Virus record (IMG/VR): IMGVR_UViG_3300033150_002248
Location: 1 to 24,655 of that record
Length of the DNA: 24,655 nucleotides
DNA from: a virus
Taxonomy: Duplodnaviria; Caudoviricetes
Reading direction: 5' to 3' (one strand)
Shown: piece by piece, positions 15,286-23,322 of the stretch
Position numbering within the stretch: position 1 is the stretch's first letter
How the letters are laid out: each line of letters begins with the position of its first letter
The notes under the pieces: model-generated
Told to the model about the DNA's origin: nothing
Seen by the model: only the letters and a program-made list of their open reading frames with translations
Databases searched by the model: none
Made by a program: the position numbers and the translations under genes

Positions 15286-15543
15286 ATGCGAAAAGCTACC
15301 CGCCAGATGATGAAGGGGCTGTATGCAGCCCGTCTCCAGCACGAACAGAGCCAGTCGCGAAGGCGAAGGTTGGACTTTGAGGACCTGGAACGTGGCCGCA
15401 AACGTCTGGCTACCCTGCACCGCCAGCAGCGGAAAAAACTGGGACGTGCTCGATACCGTCGCAAACTGAAGAAACTGGGACAGCAACTGAAACGCAGGCA
15501 TCGCAGATCACTAGACCCCTATTCCACTTACTACCTACCCTGA
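15286..15543 (+). CDS. Arg/Lys-rich small basic protein (paralog 1)
   Basis: SD GGAGG. Shares GLYAAR..H and RLA.xHR..R..xG...YRR.L..xG.Q with the next ORF. Confidence 0.75.
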   Translation: MRKATRQMMKGLYAARLQHEQSQSRRRRLDFEDLERGRKRLATLHRQQRKKLGRARYRRKLKKLGQQLKRRHRRSLDPYSTYYLP

Positions 15544-15550
15544 CGGAACG

Positions 15551-15778
15551 ATGAACATTTCACCTCGTCCCAAAAGACGCCCTCGCCGTGGCCCCCTGCG
15601 TGTGGCCACTGCTTCCGTTTCCCGGCGGACCTCCGAACTGGGCATGGGCCTGTACGCTGCCCGCCAGCGACACCGCAATCGCAGGCGACTGGCCCGAATG
15701 CACCGCCGCCGCCGGAGGCAGGTAGGACCCAAGGGGTATCGCCGGATACTCCGCGAAATCGGGATGCAGTATTCCTGA
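15551..15778 (+). CDS. Arg-rich small basic protein (paralog 2)
   Basis: Sequence similarity to 15286..15543; tandem position. Confidence 0.72.
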   Translation: MNISPRPKRRPRRGPLRVATASVSRRTSELGMGLYAARQRHRNRRRLARMHRRRRRQVGPKGYRRILREIGMQYS

Positions 15779-15782
15779 AACG

Positions 15783-15968
15783 ATGCCCCGCAAGAAACGC
15801 TTCCGCAAGCGAAAGACCCGCGAGGGGTGGCGCAAGAGCTACCGGCACCTGGACTGGGCAAAGCGACCCCCTAGCTGGGATCAGGGATCGTGGGCACGTT
15901 ACTGCTGGGGAGTTGCATCTTCCGGGACAGCACCATCAACTCCTGCAACTTGCCCGTCTCGCCAGTAG
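15783..15968 (+). CDS. Small basic protein, uncertain
   Basis: MPRKKRFRKRKTR N-terminus continues the basic cluster. Its 3' half overlaps the convergent gene and it has no clear SD. Confidence 0.4.
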   Translation: MPRKKRFRKRKTREGWRKSYRHLDWAKRPPSWDQGSWARYCWGVASSGTAPSTPATCPSRQ

Positions 15969-17241
15969 TCACGGTGAAGTGGAAGCGATCCCCCCGGTGA
16001 AACCTTTCCCTGCCCGCAACCAGCCCCATTGCCAGCCCTTCGTACCAGAAGGCCGGGTTCAGCACCAGGTTGTCCACCCAGACCGCTGCACCTGCCGGTG
16101 AACCACCCGGTTCCAGGCTTACTTGGACCTTTGCATCCGGGGGTACGTCACGGGGAGCGGTCAACCAGCAGTGGTAAAGCGTCCAGTCTGCCAGCCCGGC
16201 CAACTCTGCCTGCGGGATCAATACCCGTTCGTACCGCTTGCTACTGGTGCTGGGTGTCCATCCCGTTCCAGTCACCTGGACGGTAAGACTGCCCGTCACC
16301 CCTGCCTCGGCCTTCACCCTGAAAGCCAGCAAGTATCGCCGCAGGGCATCCAGCGTTACCGTCTGCTCCAGGGAAATGGTGGTCCCGTCCGCTTCCACCA
16401 TCTTCAAGCAACTGCCGTCGTACCCGCTTGTTTCCTCGAAGACATGGGTTCCTGCGCTGCCGCTGGCAATGAGCCACCCGTCCGGCGTGTTGCTCTCCCA
16501 GGAATCGAAACCCCCGTTCATCAGCAATGACCCGCCCGGTGTCAATCCTCGCTGGCTGCCGTTACTTCCCTGCACGGCAAACTCTTCACTGCCCACTCCG
16601 GTACCGTCCATCCCGCTATCTCGAATGCACTCCACTGCCACCTCGCCGGAGGCAGTCATCTCACAAGCTGTCCCCTCATACCCTGCCCCTTCCCCGGGCC
16701 ACAACTCGTTCTCGTAGTCATAGGCATAGTCCGTCACCTGGGGCCAGCCATAACCCGGAGCATCATACCCGCTCAACAGCGAACCCCCAGCGCTGCCATC
16801 CCGGGGGCGATCCACCAGCAACTCCCCGGCATCGGCTGGAGCCTGCCGGGTCACATCGGAGATAGTCAGGGTAGTACGCTTCAACCGATGGTTGTCGTCC
16901 AGCATCTTGCCGTACAGCACACGTACCACGTCCTCTGCCCCGGCCTGGTCCGCCAGCCGATACCCTTCCGATTTCAACGGGGCAATCACCTTTTCCGGGT
17001 CCGTCAACAGTACATCTACCAGCCCGACCAGGGTTTCCGCCTGCGACGTGATTACGTCCTGAACACCCGTGACCGTGCCCATCATGTTCTCCAGGGACTC
17101 ATACCACTGCTTGCCAGACAGGTCATCCAGCAGCCCGGTCATCAACACCTCGTAGCTGTTCTGGCCAAAGACGTTCACGGCATCATAGAGATCGTACAAC
17201 CGGGAGAGATGGGTACCGAACAGGTCATCTAACAGGGCCAT
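15871..17241 (-). CDS. Acidic 456-aa protein with C-terminal carbohydrate-binding-like (CBM4/9-type) beta-sandwich; probably virion-associated
   Basis: SD GAAAGGAGG before ATG 17241, which is a better start than 17499. LLMNGGFDSW..PDGW..SCLKM..LEQTV..YLLAFRVK..VWVDNLVL. Confidence 0.75.
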   Translation of the reverse strand: MALLDDLFGTHLSRLYDLYDAVNVFGQNSYEVLMTGLLDDLSGKQWYESLENMMGTVTGVQDVITSQAETLVGLVDVLLTDPEKVIAPLKSEGYRLADQAGAEDVVRVLYGKMLDDNHRLKRTTLTISDVTRQAPADAGELLVDRPRDGSAGGSLLSGYDAPGYGWPQVTDYAYDYENELWPGEGAGYEGTACEMTASGEVAVECIRDSGMDGTGVGSEEFAVQGSNGSQRGLTPGGSLLMNGGFDSWESNTPDGWLIASGSAGTHVFEETSGYDGSCLKMVEADGTTISLEQTVTLDALRRYLLAFRVKAEAGVTGSLTVQVTGTGWTPSTSSKRYERVLIPQAELAGLADWTLYHCWLTAPRDVPPDAKVQVSLEPGGSPAGAAVWVDNLVLNPAFWYEGLAMGLVAGRERFHRGDRFHFTVTTGETGKLQELMVLSRKMQLPSSNVPTIPDPS

Positions 17242-17283
17242 GGCCTTCCTCCTTTCGGGGGGATGAGAATGGGAATCTTCGCC

Positions 17284-17313
17284 TTGCACCGTTTCCCTCC
17301 CCCCGAGTATAAT
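17284..17313 (+). promoter_or_regulatory. Sigma70-type promoter of the head operon
   Basis: TTGCAC-18 bp-TATAAT in the divergent intergenic gap, then SD GAGGTG and ATG 17335. Confidence 0.65.
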
Positions 17314-17334
17314 ACACGGCAGAGGTGATAAACC

Positions 17335-18405
17335 ATGCGTTTCGTCAAGCAAATCCTCAAACCCGGGGTCTATCTGGCCAGCACTCCCTCTGGTCGCAAG
17401 CGGCGGGTGCGCTTGACCCTGGACCGGCTGAAGCGCATCTGCGAGACCTTCCAGAACATGCTCAAGGCCGGGTTGAACATCCCGGCCCCCTGGGGCCATG
17501 ATGGCTCCATCCCTGTTCGCAGCGCGGACGTGGTGAAAAACAACGTGGGGTTCTGGAAGAAGCTTTGGCTGGACCAGAAGACCGGCTGGCTGTACGGGGA
17601 ACTAGAGGTGCCCCGGGAAGAGGACGCTTCCAGGGTAGGAACCACCGTACAAGAGGTTTCCCCGTTCCTGGCCCCGGAGTGGAGAGATGGGCAGGGAAAC
17701 GTCTGGAAGGACGCCATTTTGCACATTGGCCTGGTAGCTCATCCGGTAGTTGCCGGGCAGGAAAACTTTCAGAAGGCCGAGGAGTCTGCCATGTCGCTGC
17801 AAATGAGCGGTTATCTTTTTGCTGACGAAGGAACTGAACTGGAACGGGCGCTGGCCATCCTGCGGGGACTGGGCTTGCCCTTGCCCGATGATACCACCGA
17901 GGAAAACTTGCTGGAACGAATCCTCATCGCCGGTGAGGCGTTGTTGAAGAAGAAGCAAGACGAAGAGGGCGAGCCCGAAAAGAAAACCGGGGAACAGAAA
18001 TCCCCCGAGAAGCCCCAGCAAGAGCCTGCTCCCGTGGCCATGGCTGCCGAGCTTGAAGCGGCAGGCCAGAAGATCAAGGTTCTGGAAGCCACCGCTTCCA
18101 AGTTGCTGGGCGAGCGTTACCTGTCCCGCATCCGGCAGCTAGTCGCCACCGGCCGCTGCTCCCCGGACTATGCCAACAAGAAGCTGGTGCCGATGGCTGA
18201 AAACCTCCAATTTTCGCTGGACGAGAAGGGCGTTCCCATGTCCAATCCCTTGGACCCCATCCTGGAGGCCCTGGAAGCCCAGCCTGCCAATCCCATCACC
18301 CGAACCGAGGAACCCTTCCCCTACAAGCCCACTGGCGAGTTGACGGACGAAGAAGCAGAGAAGATTGCAGACTCCGTGTTTCAAGTCGCCGGACTCAAGT
18401 GCTGA
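17335..18405 (+). CDS. Prohead protease / scaffold (Mu gpI-like)
   Basis: ILKPGVY, IPAPWGHD, VGFWKKL, LYGELEV, EVSP, HIGLVAHPVVAGQENF, then a charged helical C-terminus. Lies upstream of the capsid genes. Confidence 0.82.
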   Translation: MRFVKQILKPGVYLASTPSGRKRRVRLTLDRLKRICETFQNMLKAGLNIPAPWGHDGSIPVRSADVVKNNVGFWKKLWLDQKTGWLYGELEVPREEDASRVGTTVQEVSPFLAPEWRDGQGNVWKDAILHIGLVAHPVVAGQENFQKAEESAMSLQMSGYLFADEGTELERALAILRGLGLPLPDDTTEENLLERILIAGEALLKKKQDEEGEPEKKTGEQKSPEKPQQEPAPVAMAAELEAAGQKIKVLEATASKLLGERYLSRIRQLVATGRCSPDYANKKLVPMAENLQFSLDEKGVPMSNPLDPILEALEAQPANPITRTEEPFPYKPTGELTDEEAEKIADSVFQVAGLKC

Positions 18406-18429
18406 CTAGGACCATGAAAGGAGACCACC

Positions 18430-19257
18430 ATGCTGGTATCCCAGGAATACGGCCGTATGCCGGGTATTCACTCTGTCTATGAGACCCAGGAAGCGGTGCT
18501 GGGTTGGGGTCGCCGCCACCTGGAAGTCCTGCGAGGTTTCGGTATTCACTCCTCGGCCACTGATGCTGGGAACAGCCCCAACACTTTGCTGCGGGCTGGC
18601 CTGCTGATGGCCCTGCACAATACCGAGGACTACCTGATGCCCTGGGACCCCGATTCCACTGGCCGACAGGGCCAAATCTTCGGGGTGCTGGGTCACTCCC
18701 AGAACATGCTGGATGCCTCCGGCACTGCCAAGAGCCGCATTCACGGAGACATCATCATTGGCGGGCCAGTCAAAAGCGACATGTTGATTATCCCTGGCGA
18801 AAGCTCTCGGGGCATTGCCGGGAACGACTACGAGTACCTGGTCCGCAACCAGATGGCTACCCGTTTCCTTCTGGACAACTTCCCGGATTACCTGCCGGGT
18901 GGTGTAGCCAGTGGGGTTCGACAGGCAGGTTTGAAGATTACCCAGAACGCTTCCCTAGACGAGTCCCACAGTGGCCGAACCATTTACGTCGAGGGCACCG
19001 GGGCCATTACCCTGACCCTCCCCTCTGCCAAGCCGGGCCTGAACTACCGGATCATCGAAGTTGCCGGGAACGCCCTGACAATCCAGACCGTCAGCAGCCA
19101 GAAAATCTACGGTATCGGTACCTGGACCGATGATACCTCCATGACCCTGAGCGCTGCCCAGGGTGGTGGGGGCGTGGACCTGGTGGCAGACCAGATCGGT
19201 TCTGAACTGGCCTGGTATGCAGAAGAGATCGCCGGTTCGTGGTCTTACGGATCGTGA
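18430..19257 (+). CDS. Head decoration protein with C-terminal extra domain
   Basis: Located between scaffold and MCP. DAGNSPNTLLRAGLLMA..PWD..GVL N-terminal domain; C-terminal SGRTIYV..AITLTLPSAKPGLNYRI. Confidence 0.7.
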   Translation: MLVSQEYGRMPGIHSVYETQEAVLGWGRRHLEVLRGFGIHSSATDAGNSPNTLLRAGLLMALHNTEDYLMPWDPDSTGRQGQIFGVLGHSQNMLDASGTAKSRIHGDIIIGGPVKSDMLIIPGESSRGIAGNDYEYLVRNQMATRFLLDNFPDYLPGGVASGVRQAGLKITQNASLDESHSGRTIYVEGTGAITLTLPSAKPGLNYRIIEVAGNALTIQTVSSQKIYGIGTWTDDTSMTLSAAQGGGGVDLVADQIGSELAWYAEEIAGSWSYGS

Positions 19258-19292
19258 TGAAACCTGGAACTCCCCCTCGTGGAGATTGAACG

Positions 19293-20438
19293 ATGCCCAA
19301 CATTTCCATTGACCAGTTGCTAAGCTACTCGGTAGTTTCCCGCCTGGTGAGCCGGGTTCGCTCGCCGATCAGCATGTTCCAGCGGTTCCTGGGTGTTCTG
19401 CCCGGAGGGCCGAATACCACTGCCGTAGGCGGACACGTTGACGGCTGGGACATCTTCGACCGTACCCGCAAGGTAGCCAAGGGACGGGCGATTGAAAGTG
19501 GACCGGCCACTTCCATGCCGCAGAAGGTCGGGCATGTCACTGCCCAGATGGTCCGCCTGCACGAAAAGATTCACCTGCACTATTCCCGCATCTTTCGCCG
19601 CCGACCCCTGGGTGAGCCGTTCGGTACGGTTGACCCCATGGGCCAGCGGTACGTAGCCCAACAGGCAGCCCACCTGGGACGGCGGTTTGCCAATGCCCGG
19701 GAGTTTGTCCTGTCCCAGTGTCTTTGCGGGGGCAAGTTTGATCTGCTGGTCAACGGTGACGACCTGATCCCGGTCAAGGCAGGCAACGGGACCTACGAGA
19801 TCGACTTCCAGATTCCTGCCGGTAACCGTGACCAACTGGACATGCTGGGTGACGGGGACATCATTGACACTTCCTGGGACAATGCCAATGCAGACGTGAT
19901 CGGCCACTGCCTGAAAATCCGCAGTGCTGGCGAACAACTGCATGGCTTCCCGTATCGCCACGCCTTCACTGACAGCACCATCATCAAGTACCTGATGAAC
20001 AACACCGGGCTGAAAGAGGCTGCCGGTACGGCCAACGTGGTGTTTGCTGACTGGCGGGAATCGCCGGAGGTTTCCGAGGAAGGTATCCCCGACACTGGCC
20101 ACATCGTGGTATTCCGTGCCCTGCCCTGGCTGGTCTGGCACGTGTACGATGCCGGGCTGGAAATTGGTGTTGAGGGCTCTGAATCCTTCGTCAAGTTCTT
20201 CGACGGAACCACCGTGTTGTTCCTGCCCGATCCCAGCCCGGACTGGCTGGAAATGCACGAGGGCAGCGAGGTTGTAGTGGAAAACGTGATGGCGGAACCC
20301 CGGGAGGTTTTCGGGATGGGGGCCTGGACCGAGCAAATCACTCAGCCTGCCGGATTCGAGTTGCTGGCCGTGGACAACTTTATTCCAGCGCTGTACATTC
20401 CCTCGGTCCCGGTGTTTGGAACAGTGGTGTTCTCGTAA
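19293..20438 (+). CDS. Major capsid protein (lambda gpE-like, HK97 fold)
   Basis: 381 aa in the canonical position. WDIFDRTRKVA, REFVLSQCL..GK, IDFQIPAGN, SWDNANADVIG, LVWHVYD, FIPALYIP. Confidence 0.88.
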   Translation: MPNISIDQLLSYSVVSRLVSRVRSPISMFQRFLGVLPGGPNTTAVGGHVDGWDIFDRTRKVAKGRAIESGPATSMPQKVGHVTAQMVRLHEKIHLHYSRIFRRRPLGEPFGTVDPMGQRYVAQQAAHLGRRFANAREFVLSQCLCGGKFDLLVNGDDLIPVKAGNGTYEIDFQIPAGNRDQLDMLGDGDIIDTSWDNANADVIGHCLKIRSAGEQLHGFPYRHAFTDSTIIKYLMNNTGLKEAAGTANVVFADWRESPEVSEEGIPDTGHIVVFRALPWLVWHVYDAGLEIGVEGSESFVKFFDGTTVLFLPDPSPDWLEMHEGSEVVVENVMAEPREVFGMGAWTEQITQPAGFELLAVDNFIPALYIPSVPVFGTVVFS

Positions 20439-20470
20439 TCGGTCCGGGTTGTCGCGTCGTTTCCCCTCGT

Positions 20471-20504
20471 GGCCTCCTGGGGCGTTTCCCGGGAGGCCCT
20501 TTCT
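20471..20504 (+). terminator. Hairpin / probable terminator after MCP
   Basis: GGCCTCCTGGG-GCGTTT-CCCGGGAGGCC followed by CTTTCT. Confidence 0.6.
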
Positions 20505-20519
20505 ACAAAGGAGCGGATC

Positions 20520-20786
20520 ATGTACGGTTTTCGATTCAGAAGGCTGGCGGCTGCCTTGGGTGTGACCCATCGCAACGTGCGCAAGGTGGCCCTGAAACTC
20601 CGGCAGGCGGGCAAGCTGCCGGAAGATCGTGACGAAGCGGTGGAGGTGGTGCTGGACACCATCATCCAGGAAAACGCCGAAGAGTGGGACAAGGCCCTGG
20701 TTGATCCGGGCATTGACTGGGAAACCCTGTTGGAGCTAATCTATCAGATCATCCAGTTGGTGGTGCGGATCATCCTTCTGTTTTGA
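20520..20786 (+). CDS. Small protein with C-terminal hydrophobic/amphipathic helix
   Basis: SD AAGGAG before ATG 20520; ends IDWETLLELIYQIIQLVVRIILLF. Confidence 0.75.
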   Translation: MYGFRFRRLAAALGVTHRNVRKVALKLRQAGKLPEDRDEAVEVVLDTIIQENAEEWDKALVDPGIDWETLLELIYQIIQLVVRIILLF

Positions 20787-20798
20787 GGAGGGATAGCC

Positions 20799-21056
20799 AT
20801 GACCGATCCCCGTCTTTCTACCGTGGCCGAAACTCTGGCTTCCGCCCTGCGACCCTTGAAAGCGTCTTTCACCCGGGAGCAGATACGGGCCATCATCACC
20901 GCCTGCCTGCTGGTAGGTAAAGTGGTGGTTGGCTGGACCGCTACCCCGGTGGACGACAAGGTGATCGCCTGGCTGGAGGACTTTTCCCGGAGCGAGCAGA
21001 TGGAGCGGTTGATTGACCTGGTGCTCAACCTTCTGCAAGAGGATGTGGAAACATGA
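20799..21056 (+). CDS. Small membrane-associated protein (TxTPxDD motif), possible holin-like
   Basis: SD GAGGAGG; hydrophobic stretch followed by WTATPVDDKVIAWL. Confidence 0.65.
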   Translation: MTDPRLSTVAETLASALRPLKASFTREQIRAIITACLLVGKVVVGWTATPVDDKVIAWLEDFSRSEQMERLIDLVLNLLQEDVET

Positions 21057-22024
21057 CCCTGGCAGGATCAATCCTGGCGTGCGTCCTCCTTGCCCAGGCC
21101 CAGCCCGTGGCTGCCCGTGCCGTAATTGAAGGTCCGTCTGTGACACCTCCCGGAGTCCTGGTGACCCTGAACGGTGCGGGCAGCACGGGCACCGGGTTTG
21201 CCTGGGCCGTGATCCCGGAGGCCCCTGACAACATTGCCGTGGACACCAGCGGCAAGCAACTCTATTTTGCCACCCCTGTTCAGCCCGGTACTTGGACGGT
21301 GGTTCTGGCCGTGGCTTCTGGCGACACGGTGGACCTGGCTACCCATCAACTAGTAGTAGGCGCCCCCGCCCCCTTACAACTCTCTCTGCCAGAGAAAATC
21401 CCCGAGGGCCAGTCTGCGACAGGGGTTGTCCGTGCAACCGGGCCTGTTGAGGTTCAACTGCATTCCGACTCTCCTTCCAGGCTACAAGTGCCCCCGGTGG
21501 TACAGGTTCCCTTTGACAAGGCCACCTTTACCCTAACCGCCCCGGACAACCAGGAGACGGACGGCGATACCACTGTACGGGTAACGGCCGAAGCTGGCGG
21601 TGACCGGGTTACGACCCGGCTGCTGGTGGTGGACAATGACCTGCCCCCGCCCGACCAGTTGTGGGGCATTGTGATCCACGAGTCCAGCCAACCATCGCCG
21701 GAAAAGGCCATCGTCCTTTCCTCCAAGCGGATTCGGGATGCTTTGAACGGGCGGTGGCGTATTGCCGACAAGGACGTGCAAGACCAGCACGGAGAGATTC
21801 CCCCGGACCTGAAACCCTGGGTGGAACGTGCCCCTGAAGACAGGTTACCCTGGCTGTTCATGGTCGATTCCCAGGGACGCATTTACCACCAGGGACCACT
21901 ACCCCTGGACGTGGATAGGGTTCTGGACTTGATCCACTCTCTTTTGCCGGGAAGCGAGCCATGGAGTACAAAGAACAAGTCGAAGCAAACCTGTCCGCTT
22001 GGAAGCGGTTGTACTCAGCCCTGA
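21053..22024 (+). CDS. Exported protein with Ig-like (PKD / Calx-beta-like) domains
   Basis: Signal-peptide-like MTLAGSILACVLLAQA. VTLNGAGSTG..FAW (PKD-like), APDNQETDGDTTVRVTA..VVDND (Calx-beta-like), and an alpha/beta C-terminal domain. Confidence 0.7.
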   Translation: MTLAGSILACVLLAQAQPVAARAVIEGPSVTPPGVLVTLNGAGSTGTGFAWAVIPEAPDNIAVDTSGKQLYFATPVQPGTWTVVLAVASGDTVDLATHQLVVGAPAPLQLSLPEKIPEGQSATGVVRATGPVEVQLHSDSPSRLQVPPVVQVPFDKATFTLTAPDNQETDGDTTVRVTAEAGGDRVTTRLLVVDNDLPPPDQLWGIVIHESSQPSPEKAIVLSSKRIRDALNGRWRIADKDVQDQHGEIPPDLKPWVERAPEDRLPWLFMVDSQGRIYHQGPLPLDVDRVLDLIHSLLPGSEPWSTKNKSKQTCPLGSGCTQP

Positions 22025-22812
22025 AAGAAAAGCCCCTGGCCCAGCGTGTGGGCGATTCGTCGGGCCTGGACTGGCTGGAATGTGCCATTCTGGATCATCC
22101 GCCTGTCTATCGGCGGAAAGACGGGCAGGAGGTACGCCGGGCCAAGGGATTGATTCGGGAAAGCTACCTTCCCGCGCCCCGGACTATCTACTTCCGCGAG
22201 GCATTCCCCACCATTCCCCGCAACCGCTGGGACAAGCTGATCGCCGACCGCGACGCGGTAGATTTGGCCCTTTACTCCGGCTATCGCATGGATCAGGATG
22301 CCGTTGGCTCCTGCGCCGCCGAAAGTGCCAACAACGGTGTCGAGGTCTGCGAAATCTGGGCAGGGCAAAAACCTACCAAGTTCAATCCCTGGTTCGGCTA
22401 TCACACCACGTCGGGTGGAGTGGACCGGGGTTCGAGTCTGCAAGACAACCTGCGATTCATCCAGGAATACGGATGCTGCCCGGAAAAGGTCTGGCCGCGA
22501 AGCAAGGGCTGGCGAACCAAGCCCAGCGCTGAAGCCTACGAAGCAGCCAAGGCTCACCGCCTGTTGGAGTTCTGGGAGGTAACCAATTGGGATGAGTTCG
22601 CCTCTGCCCTGCTCTACGGGATGCCGGTGTACTTCGGTTATCCGGGCCACGCGATTCTGGCGGTGAAACTCCTGGCAAAGGACAGGCTGCTCTACGAGAA
22701 CAGTTGGGGAGCAGATTGGGGCGACAATGGGTTCGGCAGCCTTTCGTGCAATCGCATTGCCTGGGAGTATGGTGCCTATGCCTTCCGGCTGGCTACGGAT
22801 GCGGTTGAGTAG
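21961..22812 (+). CDS. Papain-family (C1) cysteine peptidase
   Basis: DQDAVGSCAA (oxyanion Q and catalytic C), GHAILAV (H), ENSWGADWGDNGFG (N). Confidence 0.93.
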   Translation: MEYKEQVEANLSAWKRLYSALKEKPLAQRVGDSSGLDWLECAILDHPPVYRRKDGQEVRRAKGLIRESYLPAPRTIYFREAFPTIPRNRWDKLIADRDAVDLALYSGYRMDQDAVGSCAAESANNGVEVCEIWAGQKPTKFNPWFGYHTTSGGVDRGSSLQDNLRFIQEYGCCPEKVWPRSKGWRTKPSAEAYEAAKAHRLLEFWEVTNWDEFASALLYGMPVYFGYPGHAILAVKLLAKDRLLYENSWGADWGDNGFGSLSCNRIAWEYGAYAFRLATDAVE

Positions 22813-22838
22813 GCAACTGGCGCGCCTGATGGAGATTT

Positions 22839-23261
22839 GTGAACACCTGTGAAACTGTGGTGCATGTGATGAGCGATGTTTTACTGCAACCGTGGAGTCC
22901 CGTAGTCCAATACGGATTTGCGGGATTCGCCTTCTTGCTGCTGGGTATCGTGGTCTGGTTGATTCGCCAGTTACTTCGCGTACTCAAGGAAGTGGGAGGG
23001 ATTATTCAAGGTAACACTCGCGCCCTAGATGCAGTCAACGCCAATTCCGAGGAAACCCGGCGGCTGATGGAAAACATCCGGGACCAGTTGCTTTCCCGGC
23101 CTTGTTTGTTAACCCTGGAAGAGTTGGAAAAGAGGTTGAAACATGGGCAATCAACCGCAAGGTATCCGGCAACTGTCAGAGATGGCCTTCACTCTGCTGG
23201 AACGCTTCCAGAAACACGGGATAGAGGTTCGGGTGGAGAAAATACTGGGCCTGGCACTTAG
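22839..23261 (+). CDS. Single-TM holin-like protein
   Basis: QYGFAGFAFLLLGIVVWLIR TM helix followed by a coiled-coil-like segment. Start is GTG 22839 or ATG 22869. Confidence 0.6.
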   Translation: MNTCETVVHVMSDVLLQPWSPVVQYGFAGFAFLLLGIVVWLIRQLLRVLKEVGGIIQGNTRALDAVNANSEETRRLMENIRDQLLSRPCLLTLEELEKRLKHGQSTARYPATVRDGLHSAGTLPETRDRGSGGENTGPGT

Positions 23262-23322
23262 GGACACGGTAATCCGCATACGGCTGGGACAGCCTGAAAA
23301 GGATGAGCAGCAATGCCGGTAA
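23143..23322 (+). CDS. Hypothetical 59-aa protein (not in ORF track)
   Basis: SD AGAGGT before ATG 23143. MGNQPQGIRQLSEMAFTLLERFQKHGIEVRVEKILGLALRDTVIRIRLGQPEKDEQQCR*. Confidence 0.55.
   Translation: MGNQPQGIRQLSEMAFTLLERFQKHGIEVRVEKILGLALRDTVIRIRLGQPEKDEQQCR

Noticed and set aside
17313-17330. TACACGGCAGAGGTGATA resembling a lambda CI/Cro operator
   Set aside because: It is a single copy, GAGGTG is the SD, and no repressor gene is seen.
17242-17499. N-terminal 86 aa of the 542-aa - strand ORF
   Set aside because: It overlaps the promoter and protease gene; a strong SD supports ATG 17241 instead.
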